A stretch of DNA of 64,000 nucleotides, taken from positions 33,183,562 to 33,247,561 of the forward strand of contig JAUZTB010000027.1 of NCBI GenBank assembly GCA_034780895.1, written 5' to 3'. The stretch is from Rhynchobatus australiae. Its lineage: Eukaryota. Made by a program: the position numbers and the translations under genes. Below are positions 13,446-25,864 of the stretch, one piece after another. How positions within the stretch are numbered: position 1 is the stretch's first letter; each line of letters opens with the position of its first letter. The notes under the pieces are model-generated. The model worked only from the letters and a program-made list of their open reading frames with translations, made no database searches and had not been told where the DNA came from.

Positions 13446-14009
13446 CACAAAAATAAGTGGGGGTGGTTAAGGTGGTGGTGGGTGGGAGGAGGGAAAGGAG
13501 CCCTGTGTTGTGGGCTACAGCAACTAAACTCCAATACAATTTTCATGCTTGGTTTGTACTGTTTTTAATAGGTTAATTGTGTATCATGATGCTAACGTGC
13601 ATTTTCCATCATTATTCTGTTTAGTCCCCTTCGGCTTCAAGACATTGGCTCCAAAGTTCATTGTCGATGAAGCATGTACAAGCCCCATACATTCATCACT
13701 TGACAGGAGTGGCTTCCTGCACTAGCAAACTTTAACTTGATGAAGTCGTGATTTATAACTGATGTTTCATTCCTGATGAATGTAAGTATGGTCTGAATCA
13801 AGTTTTGGTCCAACCTGATACTGGAACAGAGCAGAGTGAAACTCCCTGGATAAAGTATCTTGCATTGCTTTGCCCTGGGGTGGCTTAACATGATTTACAT
13901 TTCATCAGCCTGAAGTGGAAGCTGTAAACTCATGGCCAGGTGTGACCCTCATCAACCATTACAGTCAAGCCAGGGGGTCAAGAAGCAGTTCAGAACTCTG
14001 GATACACAG

Positions 14010-14680
14010 TAGCTCAGTGGTACTCAAGACTTGCGATCCAGAACTAGCCACACCTTTACACATGTTTGTCCAACACTGGCATCCACCTGATGTAGAAAAT
14101 TGCCGAGGTATGTGTTGTTCAGGAGAAGCAGGACAAATTCATTCAGAGTACCTGTCACCCTGTTGGTCTACTCCCAATCATCAGCAACATTGTGGAAAAC
14201 ATGTCACTAGAACTGTTGAATAGCATTTACAAATAATCTGCTCACCAATTCTCAGTTTGTGTTTTGCCAGGACAATTTAGCTCCAGGCCCCACTGCCATC
14301 CTGGTCTAAACAAGAATCACAGTGCTGAATCTAGTGCTTTAGTCAGAATGACTGCTTTTAACATCCAGCCAGCTTTTGACTGAATGTGGCATCAAGGAAC
14401 CTGTTAAAACTGATATCAAAGTGAACCAAGGGGAAAACACTCCGGGGGTTGGAGTCATACCTCATACAAAAGGAATGGCCATGGTTGTCGGAAGTCAATT
14501 ATCCCAGTTTCAGGATATCTGGAAAAAAAAGTAGTCCCCCCTGAACGTTACTGCAAGAGTTTTTTCTTCAGAAGGATGGCAGTGAATCATGAAGGTGACT
14601 TGCCACCACTTTCTCAAGGGAAATTAGGGATGGGCAATAAATGTTAGTCTTGTCAATAACACTCAGATTCTGAAAAACAA
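14010..14680 (+). mobile_element. Second decayed copy of the same CR1/L2-group LINE
   Basis: VVLKTCDPELATPL..; homologous to 12425-12670, and ends with the tail aagggaaattagggatgggcaataaatgttagtc. Confidence 0.75.
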
Positions 14681-15964
14681 ATTTCTTCACTGCTGTGGTA
14701 CGATAGTAGGAATGGACTTTGAATAGATTTTGCGTATTTTGCGTATGAATAGATTCTCCTGATGGGAGAATATTGATCTGAAACCTTAGTTCTGATTCTG
14801 TCTCAACATTTGCTACCTGACATGCTGAGTTATTACAGCATTTTCTCTTTTCACTTTAATAAACCTTGTGTTATTTTGGAGCTATTTGAGCTTTCCACAT
14901 TTCACTGAAGACTAGGAGTGCTGTTTCATCTGTGCAAGCACACACATGACTTGTGATGAACTGAATGCATGTGTGAACATGCACACAAAGTCCAGACCTT
15001 TAGAGAAAATCAGTGTTAGAAGCACTATATCCTTGATGTTTTGAATTTGGTGGTGTTGAATGCAGCTCACTTGCATGTTGTCCAGGGGTGTATTAGTTAA
15101 CCCTAGGTGCTCTAGGCATCAGGTGTCTTAGCTCCTTAAATTTGCACCAACTCTGATCTTTTTGAAAGTGCTTTTGTAATTTTATACACCTCTATANNNN
15201 NNNNNNNNNNNNNNNNNNNNNNNNNNNNNNNNNNGTGTAGAGGTGTGGTGTGGAATAAAAAATAAATTTTGTTTCAGAGGAAACTGATTGTGCCTCAACA
15301 TACCTGCTGTTTATCAGGAAGCACGTTTTTGCCCATTCATGGGAACACAGGATTTTGCCATGGGGAAAATAATCACTCCTAATTATGTGCTGCTGGTGAT
15401 CACTGACCTTCAAGGTCTATTCGTTGTATAGCAGGAACTGTCTTGAAGCAATTGTCTGCCCACAATCTTATTCAGTATGTTTTTCTCTGTGAACATGGCT
15501 GTTACAATAAAGGTACAAGTGCATAAAGCCTTATTATGTCTGTCAGAAAAATCCAAAGGTATTTTGAGCAAGGATTTACTTTTCATTTGCAGCTACTTGT
15601 ATTGGCAGAAATGGCAGCTCGTTTGCACTTGTCAAGGTACCATAGACAACAATAAATCTCATCAACATAATGTTGGTGATGTGGTGTGAAGGAGAATCAT
15701 TGGCCAGGAATATGGGGAAGATTTGAAGAATCAAGATATGTCAGAGTGATCTGTTTGTCAGAGTACCAATAGAAGTTGATCCCATGTATTCAGATGATTT
15801 TGTCGAGGAGAAGCATGTAGATGAGAAACTAGAGGGCCTAGAGATAAGCCTTTTAAGTAATAGTGTAGGATTAAGATAATATGTTATTGCTGAAGACTTG
15901 GGGAGGTATGAGCTGATCAAGTGGAAAAATTGTGCATTTGATATACAATATATCATAAGTTAGA

Positions 15965-16706
15965 TAGGTGCACATGCTCCTGTCCACATTAAGGATGCTG
16001 AGGTCAAGAGGGTTGAGAGCTTCAAGTTCCGAGGAGTGAACATCACCAATAGCCTGTCCTGGTCCGATCACGTAGACACCATGGACAAGAAAGCTCACCA
16101 GCGCCTCTACTTCTTCAGGAGGTTAAAGAAATTTGGCATGACCCCATTGACCCTCACCGATTTTTATCAATGTACCATAGAAAGCATCCTATCCGGATGC
16201 ATCATGGCTTGGTATGGCAACTGCTCTGCTGGTGGCTACAAGAAACTGCAGAGGGTTGTGGATACAGCACATCACAGAAATCAGCCTCCCCTCCGTGGAC
16301 TCTTATCTACACTTCTTGCTGCCTCAGTAAAGCAGCCAACATAATCAATGACCCCACCCACCCCAGACATTCTCTCTTCTCCCCTCTCACTGGGCAGAAG
16401 ATACAAAAGCCTGAAAGCACATACCACCAGGTTCAAGGACAGTTTCTGTCCCTCTGTTATGACTATTGAACAGTTCTCTCATATGATAAGATGGACTCTT
16501 GACCTCACAATCTACCTCGTTATGACCTTTCACCTTGCTGTCCACCTGCACTGCATTTTCTCTGTAACTGTTATATTTCATTCTGTACTCTGTTTTTGTT
16601 TTACCTTGTACTACCTCAATGCACTATTATAATGAATTGATTTGTTTGAACAGTATGCAAGACAAATTTTCCACTGTATCTTGGTACATGTGACAATAAT
16701 AAACCA
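15965..16706 (+). mobile_element. Rex1/Babar-type LINE 3' portion
   Basis: ORF 16036..16344 ITNSLSWSDHVDTMDKKAHQRLYFFRRLKKFGM..FYQCTIESILSGCIMAWYGNCS, then LSLGRRYKSLKAHTTRFKDSF; 3' UTR ends gtacatgtgacaataataaacc. These are Rex1-clade C-terminal motifs. Confidence 0.9.
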
Positions 16707-18789
16707 AAGTAAGTTGAAAAAGGACATGAAAATGGTGCACTCAAAACTTCAATCTTATTTGATTATTTAAATAATTTCTGGAGCTATGATCTGAACAGAG
16801 GCATACAAGTCTCCAAGAGGTTAGACTGAGGCTGTGTGTTGTACTGTGACAACATGGGACTAGCTTAGATGGACGTCTTGGTCAGCATGGACAAGTTGGG
16901 CTGAAGGGCCTATTTCCTTGTATTACTTTATGACTTTATCTCTGGAGCAATATTCTGATAACTGTGACAAAAGAAGATAGCAAATTCTATGTGAAACTGA
17001 TTGGAGTCCAAGGCATAAGAATTAAGGGCACTTTCTCAGAAGGATTAAAAGTGAGTTGTTGTGTCCTACGAGGTTTTGTTCTGTGACTATTCCTGTTCAA
17101 TGGTATTTCTGTTTGTATTTGTAGCTGAAATAATGGTGCCCAGGTTTACAAATGATGATCAGAATGAGAAGTATACATTTAAAGTGAGAAGGGCAAAAGG
17201 AAGTGCCAATGCTTGGAAAAATGGTTGGAAAAGCTTTGATGTGTGATTGAAGAAAACAATTATGAAGGGAATTGGGAACAAAAGAAGCACATTGAATTGT
17301 GGCTATTGCTTGTACAGAGGACCCACAGCAATTCTAGTTATAAAGTGCACTTAACATTTAATTATTTGATCAGATAATTTTAATCCATATTCCTTTGCAG
17401 TCAGGTTACTATATTTTTGTTGGTGTTGAAGCAGCTGAATGCAACAGCAAATCCAGAGTTTCCTGTTTAAAAACTCTGCATGAGGGTAGGTCTGGTGAAC
17501 CAGCCTGTGTAGGACGAGCGAGAAAATGGGATTCAGCTCTATAGACTTCAGTTTATCCAAACGATTAGGAATGGGATTATTCATTGGATTCACGTGAGAA
17601 CAGTTGATGTGTCGTGTGCATAATTTGTTCTTCCCCATTGTGTTTTCATAAGAAAACTAAAGCAGTAGCCAGCTCTTCTATAATCACTGATTTGCATATG
17701 ATGTGTTGGTAATTTGAATATATCAATTTTCTGTTGAAATGTGCAGAATTAAACCCATTTTTGGATAGACATGCACTGGTAGTATAAAACTCATCAAAAA
17801 TGTTGTTCATAATATTTATTCTTGAAGAGGATGGAACACACAAGCAAACAATTATTTGACGGTCTATAGATTTTTCCTCCTCTGTCTGCAATGCCTTAAC
17901 AGCTGCTTATACCCAAAGGGTATTATCTGTCAACTTGTGTCGGACTAGAGTCCCATGCAGGTGTCACACAAGCAATCCGGCAGCTTTCATGGTGATTGTC
18001 TGATAATAACCCACAAATGGCTAGGTTTATTAAGTTCAATTTTATATTTTGCATTTTTTCAGGAATAAATTATCACCTTGTTCAGAAACACATTTTTGGG
18101 GAGTTTGACATTGTTAGTATATATCCATTCAGACTTAAAATCATTTATCACATTTTCAAGTGCAGAATCCAATTAATATATAACAGGTTGCTTAATCCTC
18201 CCCTTCCCTCATCTATTCCCTATCTTCAAGGGTAGTTGGTGTTTTCTAATGATTTGAATGGATTATGTATTTGTAATTACCTTAATTATAAAAATGAGAG
18301 CCTTTTGGTTCACTACTGATATATCAGCAGTATAATGGACTCTATAGCTCCAAACATTTTAGGTATGCTACTTTGAGCACCGTGGTTTTTCAGCTTGGAT
18401 CCTGTTGGCAAAGTCAAGAACAACAGGCAGTTTGAAGAAGGATCAAACATTGATGTAAGATTTACAGGTGCAAGAACATCAAATATTCAGTTTTACTATA
18501 TTTGCCACTGTGAAACTAGGGTCCTCTTTTCCAAAGGAACAGTGGGTGATTTGTATAATTTTGGAACCTGTAGATTATTCAGGAAGGTAAAGGAAGGATT
18601 TCTGTTTCCAGTGGTCACTAATGGAAATTCATCATTCTGTATGAGGGTCCAAATATTTCTTCAGTTTAAGCGTGACTCTTCAGCCTTCACTACTCCACAC
18701 CCAACAGAAAATATTGATATGCTTAAAGTTCAAGTTAGACTGGATGTCTACCATGATTTGAATGATTAATGATTTGGATTCCAGATATT

Positions 18790-19220
18790 TACTATCTTCT
18801 CATCTCTGTTGAATTGTCAACCCTTCATTTTCAGACTGTGATCCCTGATTCTACAATCCATAGTCTGGATAAACATCAACACTACATCTATTCTGTGAAG
18901 TTGGTAATTTTTTTGTAAATTTTAAAGAAGTCACCTCTCATTCTTCTCGACTATAGGGAGTATAGGCTCAGTCTTAATCTGTTCTCATCTGACAAACCCA
19001 CCCTCCCAGGACTTAATCTGGTGCACTCCCTCTATCGCAAACATTTATTTCCTTATGTGGGGAGACCAGACTTGCATACAGTATTCCAGGTGCAGTCTCA
19101 CCAAGACCCTGTATAATTGGAGGAAGCTGTTTGTCTTGTACCCAAATTCTCTTCCAATGAAAGTCAACCTACCATTTGCCTTCCCAGTTGCTTGCTGTAC
19201 CTGAATGTTTTCTTTCAGCG
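18790..19220 (-). mobile_element. CR1 LINE ORF2 C-terminal fragment
   Basis: The + strand gcatacagtattccaggtgcagtctcaccaagaccctgtataa is the reverse complement of the LYRVLVRLHLEYCMQ motif (CR1 LY..LVRPHLEYCVQ). Confidence 0.8.
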
Positions 19221-19279
19221 GTTCACTGAAACTGGTACAATTTTATCTGTCACTGATTGTACTAGAGAGGGTGGAAAGG

Positions 19280-19740
19280 AAATTCACCATGATGTTGCCT
19301 GGGATGGAGCTTTTCAGTTATGAGGAGAGATTGATAGGCTAGGTTTGTTTTCCTTGGACTGGAGGAGGCCATGGGGGCAGCTGGTGAATCTCCTCTGCGC
19401 TTTCTCGAGATAGTTGGAAACCTTTCCCCGTAACAGAGGTATCTAAAACGAGGGCACAGATTTTGGTTAAGGAATAAGACATTTAGAGGGTATCAGAAGA
19501 GATCTAGAGGGGAATAGAGAAAGAACTTATTCCATTCAGAGGGTGCTTGGAGTCTGGAATGCACTGAGTGGATGATGGAGGTAGGTACTTCCACAACATT
19601 TCAATATCTACATGACTATTTGAAATTCCAAGGCATAAAGGCTATAGAGCATGGGATTGGTGTACGTGGGTACTCGATGATTAGCATGGACATGGTGGAC
19701 CGAAGGGCCTGTTTCTGTGATGTATGACTATGATTCTGCA
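19280..19740 (+). mobile_element. CR1 LINE 3' end
   Basis: ttcaccatgatgttgcctgggatggag..ttatgaggagagattg..gtctggaatgcactg..agcatggacatggtggaccgaagggcctgtttctgtg followed by the tatgact repeat tail. Confidence 0.85.
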
Positions 19741-19799
19741 TTGACCAGATGAACAAAATAGTTCAAATATGCCAAAAGTTAAAAACTTGGTTGCAATGG

Positions 19800-20155
19800 C
19801 CACTTATGAATTTGAAGTAATTGAGATTTCAAGTTCATGAATTTTTGTTTTTAAATTGATGTCAGTGGAAGTGATGGCAGAGCAGTCAGATTGTCATAAA
19901 TAGTCAAATGGTCCACTATTGTACTTTAGGGAAGGAAAGCTTGGTATGTCCTATTTATAACTGCAGTGCTACACCAAGTAGGGTGCCTCGGAATTTCCCT
20001 TTCTGACTATAAGAGGGGAGTTCGGAGGCAACCTATCTGGTGAGCAGTTACATGTAGGGGTGGAAAACACAGATGGCCTAGAAGTATAGGGGAGCTCAGA
20101 ATAGGCAGCAATTGCCAGCCTGGCAAAGAACATCCACAGCCTGTGAAAGAATAAT
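19800..20155 (+). mobile_element. Old chondrichthyan tRNA-derived SINE (LINE-like 3' tail)
   Basis: cagattgtcataaa..ggtccacta..tttagggaaggaaa; homologous to 29070-29405 (-), 45274-45490 (+), 49140-49420 (-) and 54930-55262 (+). Confidence 0.55.
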
Positions 20156-21091
20156 GACAAAAAATGAACAATTAATCCACATTCTGGGATTGTTAATTAA
20201 TTACTTTGTTTTAACCCTGGAGGAATTTTTCATTTGTTCAAGGTAGCAGTTCATGTACTCCATTCACTGGTTTTCTGATTTATCCAGAGTTTCTATTCAT
20301 TTGGAAGCACGCAACTGACTGTATTTCGTGACATCTTCAGCTTTCCCTGCACAGCAACAGAGAAGCTGCTTACATCAGCAGCGTGGAACTGTTCCAATTC
20401 TGACATGTGAAACGTTGGCTGTGGTTCTTGTGTGTGAATACAGGTCTGCTGTGGGGATAAGGGAGCCGGTATTAGTAGTGCAAATTCCAGGAGCTTGCTC
20501 AGGCGCCAGTCTCTCAGAATCCAAACTAAAACAGTGGTGGTATAAAAGTGACTTTGTGATCTCTGCACCAGATGAAACTCAGAAACCAACTTGAACCTGT
20601 AGCCACACATAATGAATATAAAAGCATTTGGATTTAGCTGTAAACAAGCAGGCAATTTTGTTAGTAACTTGCTCCACCTGAAGTCTGTTCCATGAATGAA
20701 TCTGATCCCACTAGGTGTAGTGGAGAATGCTGCAAGCGCCAAGTATAGTGAGTTGGAATTTGTTGGAACAAACCAACTCAGTGTGCCCATGAGTCAGACC
20801 TGTTCCTGAACCAAACTGAAACATAAAATGTTGTTGTCCTTAACCATGCTGCAGGAGTGAAGGGTTAATGCACAGCAGGATCTGCGTTGAAGAATGTATT
20901 TTTCTTCCTGATAAGATGTAAGGCCTTGAATATATGAAGAGCTAAAAAAGAGGGTGATTCAGAATGAGTTAATTCAGATACAGTTGGAGAAATAAAGGGA
21001 AATAAAGACAGAGAAAATGGATAGAAAGGAGAGGTAAGATTTTAAGTTTAAAATGTGACTTAATTTTCTTGATGGGTTTAGCAGGCAATTA

Positions 21092-21437
21092 CAGGCAGTC
21101 CCCAGGTTATGACAGGGTTCCTGCTCGTACATCGGAAATAAACAAAAACAATGTGTGGGAGAGGATCACAGAAACAACTGTGACGGGAGAGGGAGCAAGC
21201 ATGGGAGGAGCGGCCACCAGCCAGCCTCACTGACTCGAGTGAGTGAGCAAGTCTGCTCAGTGCTTCCAGCTCGACTGAGCTCAACCCAACCTCCTTTGTT
21301 GCAGCTCGTGGGGGGTGGTGGGGAGTGTGCCTGCAGTCCCACAGTGGCCTGCAGATCCGTGCCCATCCACTTCCAAACAGTTGCTCATATATAGAGGTTG
21401 TCTATAAGTTGTGCGTTTGCAATCCAGGGAGGAGCTG
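21092..21437. mobile_element. Tigger/pogo (Tc1-mariner) type MITE with GC-rich interior
   Basis: TA|CAGGCAGTCCCCAGGTTATGAC left end, degenerate right end GCAATCCAGGGAGGAGCTG|TA, TA duplication. Subterminal sequence is shared with 40824-41133. Confidence 0.7.
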
Positions 21438-23454
21438 TAATATGCAATACTACATCCTTGTGAAAATCAGAGAAAAGTTAACTCAAAGTTGCAGTTTTAG
21501 CAAAATATTGATCAATATTATATTATTATTGCTTATTATTTATANNNNNNNATATTAATATTGCTTACTTGTAACAAATTTATGGCCAATTTATACATTG
21601 CCAAATTTTGAAGAAATGGTTAAACTTGTTTGAAGTTAGTACAAACCAGATATACGGTTGGAACTTATTTTTGAGGTGAATATGGGAATGGGAAAAATAT
21701 AAATTGGAGACTTGACCAGTTCTTTTATTATTTAAACATAACTAGATCGAAACTCATGATGACTTTGCATTGTGATTTACATCTCTTTTTTTTGTGGCAG
21801 TTTACTTTTTACTGTTTATCAGGGTTAAAAAGAAGACTGAAGGAAAACTGAAACTGAAGGTTGAAATGCTTGTGTTATTTATATGTGCTGCTCATGTACT
21901 AATTGACTAAATTTCTTTTATTTTCCCCAAATGCATATTTATTTTCTGAAAAGTGAACTAAAATTTAAACTAATGCAAAATGGCATTTAAAGGTAACTTG
22001 CCTTCCCCTTTGCCTCATAATTCTTAGCCCTATAATTTCCATAGATGTTGATGGGTTTATGGATCCTTGCTGAAAAGCCAAGAGTTATACCCAGGATGCT
22101 GCTGGGGAATCTTGCCATGACCATGTTTGATTTTAAGAGGGGTCCAGTGGTGGAGCAAACTAACACACGGATCCAGGACCTTTGCTTTTGACAGTGAATG
22201 CACAGAAACTGGGCCCACTGCCTTTTAAAAGATAATATCCAGGGTTTTGAGGTTACATGGTGATAAGCCAAGACCATCCAGTTAATTAACTTGGGTTGTC
22301 CAAGCTTCTGTCTGTTTTTTGCAGATTTATCTGAAGGCAAGAATGTGTTCAAATTCTTGAAAGTGTCTCTGTCGGGCAGCAGAAGTGTAGAAAGGAAATG
22401 GCTTTGCTCTGCAGATCACCTGGTATACTAGTTCCTATGCTCCCTGGCTAGTATAAAGAACAAGTTATAGACCATTAACTTGTATATTGCAGTTTTGTGC
22501 TGAGCAAAGGGAGAAAGTAAACTTTCAACTGGCTTGTGGTCACTGGTGTGACCTCTGACAGTGACCTGCACAATATATTACCTGCAATAGAAACAAACAA
22601 GGTGTCACTATAATTGAGTTAGAAATGCCTGCCAACCTGCTAAATGGAGTAATTTGTTGACAGTCATTGTTCCCCATGATCGTCTTAATGGTTGTTGCAA
22701 ATTGTATAATTTGGCTTCAGCTCATGAAATGTGTCCAGAAATGGTACCACTCTACAGTGTGTACCACATTATTTATAATAGGCAGACCCAGTAAGCCTGA
22801 GGGAATTTAGTTGTGCAGCTGAACTTGAACAGTTTGTTTAATGCGGGGCACTGTTGTGCATCAAATGAAGTTGGAGTTGAAATGGGCATCACCTGGTGAC
22901 ACAATGCATGAAACTTGAGGGAACTTGAATCTGATCTTCCAAGGAGATATCAGATAGATAGCCCTCAGTTTAATGGTTGACAAAGTAGCATCTGTGCAGC
23001 CAATGTAAGTTTGTGTCTGCATTGTACTTGGTGTAGAGAAAGTGCTGAAGTCATTATCCAAGGCACAATTTGGAATGGACCAGGACTTGTGCACTGCTTG
23101 ACCCATTTTCATTCTGGTTTACTGTCATGCAGATATTCATAGAGTTGCATGGATTCAAACTCCTTTGGACCTTGAATTAATTTGTCAAGCACTCCCCATC
23201 TTATAGCAGCTGTTGTGCTGTGTATTACACAAACGGGTTCTCCTGTGTTTCTGATTGAGGACAGAATCATTCATAATTCCTCTTATTTATTGTCCAGCAG
23301 ACCTTTGTTCTGAGTTACCATGGCTCTTGGAAGAGGAGCATATAACAATAATTGTCGCTGCATTCTGAGATGTTCTGTTAAAGATTCTGCATGCCGGAGG
23401 ATTGTCCATTATTTTAGAATTTCCCTGGGCCTGCTAAAGGATATATCCAGCATT

Positions 23455-23570
23455 GAAAATCTGAAGGGCCTTTCATCTGAAATGTTAACTCTGTTTCTCT
23501 TGCCACAGATGTTGTCCAACTTGCTGAGTATTGCCAGCATTTTCTGTTTTTCCTCAGATTTCCAACATTG
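23455..23570. repeat. Penelope-derived palindromic element (one arm)
   Basis: ctgaaatgttaactctgtttctcttgccacagatgttgtccaacttgctgagtattgccagcattttctgtttt. Confidence 0.65.
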
Positions 23571-25282
23571 GTTTGACATTGGCATCAATATTAAAAAAAT
23601 ATTTGTTCATGTTTAGATTATTTTAGTTTTCCATGGCTTATGTTAATTTGCACATGTGAACCTTGGCTGTTCCCAATTTAAGCCTTAGCTTCAGTTAAAT
23701 GATGATGTGTTACAATTTGTTTTAAATTAGTTTCAGGAAGGCAACATATATACAACACCAATTTATGTTATTCAGGTTGCTCTGACAAATTAGATCCCCT
23801 CTAATACCCATGTACATGTAGGCATCTCAGTTGTATTGTCTTGTGTTGATGTTTAGGCTTTTAAGGAGGACCTTGTTTGGGTAAGGCTGAGAAAAATATT
23901 GTCAAAGTAGCTACAGAAGTTTGAAATAACATTTTTCTTTCCGTATATACCTTGTTTACAAAGAGGTTTGTGGTTTTAAATACTAAGCTATCTTTGTGCT
24001 TTTTTAAAGCATAAAACATGATGACGTGAAGCATCTGATGTGTACCAAGATACACGGGGTTACTGACTTTAACAATGAGAACTTAACTACTCATGAAAGA
24101 TGATGTGATCTTGTTGCGTTGGGGAGGACTGAAGACCTTTAGGTTCAAATGGATCAGGTTGTAGGCCAGAGATCCTCAGCATATTTGGTGAGCCAGCATG
24201 CAATATGCTCAAATATTCAGTTTTATGGAGAACAGATGGTTTGTATTGCTGAGTACTTTCTGTGGTTGGAGTACCTATTTTCAGCATTCCAGAAAACTGA
24301 AAAGTGGAGTTAAGATCTGAATACATTTTTCCGTGTGTGTTGTTTTTTGTTTAGAGAGTCAAGGGGATCATTTGTTTTCAGATTGAAGCATGGCGATCCT
24401 CGGGGGGAAAAAAAATCCTGGTTTTATTTTCACCTGTAGATTTCCAATTTCAGCCAAGTCAAAAAATTGTCGGTTTTATTACTGGTACTTAAGTCATAAG
24501 TGGTTGTGTTGGTTCCACTTCTATTCCTGCACCTTCCCACCTCCCAGCATGTTTGATCCCTTAACTATTACATCTCTCACACAAAGCAGTTTAGGCTGTC
24601 TCAATTGTTACTTATTTCCTGTGGTGCAAACATTGAAGGAAAATTTATATTGAATCAGTGGATAGACAACTGGATGATGAAGAGTTCTCTCAAAGCTACT
24701 GCCTTTCAGGAAGAAGCATGGTGCCTTACTACAACGCTACTTCCTTAATTATCACTGTGGGTTTCAATCATTAACGCTTGAACATCTGCAGACATTTAAA
24801 GAATATGACTATAGGTTTGGCTGCCACGGATGGTACTTTTGCCAGATCTCCCATCGTCAAGTTTCCATTGACTTGATGTGTTACACTATGTATAAATGTA
24901 GAGCAAATAGAAACACAGGGAATCCTGTTTGATCATTTGTAGAGAAAAAAAAACGTTAGTGTTTGAGTGTGGAATTTTTAAGAGCTTAGGGGTTCATGCC
25001 CAGAGTGTAGCCTGTCCTTCTGTTGTGCATTCTCAATGTTTTTGTTCAGTTAAAGAACATATTATTTACTGGGACCAGTTGTATTTATTTTGAAAATTCT
25101 ATAAGTGATACCATTTGCATCGTGCATCATCCACTTACCACTGCATGTAAGTATTTGTGTTATCCAGATTCAGTTTAAGGAAATTTGGCTTAATTGCATG
25201 GATTTGTTGCAATGTTCTAATGCTACTTCCATGTGTGTCCTAATATTATGGATTAGTCTTGTACCCTATAAGTAAGTAAATG

Positions 25283-25435
25283 CATAAAACAGAAAATGCA
25301 GGAAAACTCTTATATGACAACATTTGTGGAAAAACAGATTGCTCTAAAATATTAACTCTCTGCTCTGACATAACCTAGCCAGCTGAGTATTTCCAGCATT
25401 TTTTGTGTCTATTTCAGAAATCCTGTATTTTACTT
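25283..25435. repeat. Penelope-derived palindromic element
   Basis: aaaacagaaaatgcaggaaaactc ... gagtatttccagcattttttgtgt imperfect inverted arms. Confidence 0.6.
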
Positions 25436-25669
25436 TTCTGAGTAAACCTCTACTGGCCTCTCCAGATTCTTGACAGTGGGGGTGGGAATGGGTGCATTGA
25501 AATGGGAAAGCAATGTGTGAGCTGATGTACTCATAGCTTTGGGTCCTGATGGGTGTATTGAAGTGTCCTTTCTTCCATATCACATTAGTTAAGCAGAGGG
25601 AAAGTATTGTGTGTGATGTTGCCTATGTGCTCATGCAATATAAAATAAATCAGTGCATAATTTAATTGA

Positions 25670-25864
25670 TGTTTTCTTTACTTTTAAGGAACTTTTTAGG
25701 TGCTGCATTACAGAGATGTCTGCATGACTTAAGTGGATAGAAAGTGACATGCAATGGATTAGTTGTTGAATGGTTTAAGAAGTATCTCTACCCACTGCAG
25801 AACAGCTGAAGTGAGCACACTTGGAGCAAAGTGTTGATTACTGCCAAGCAGTAAATGCATCAAG
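25670..25864 (+). other. CHD9: Splice acceptor and 5' UTR part of the CHD9 first coding exon
   Basis: Polypyrimidine tract gttttctttacttttaAG (AG 25687-25688), with a second candidate tttttAG at 25698-25699. It is followed by about 165-176 nt of leader before the ATG at 25865. Confidence 0.7.

Noticed and set aside
20293-20790. 165-aa minus-strand ORF
   Set aside because: No recognisable motif and composition typical of random intronic translation; antisense to CHD9.
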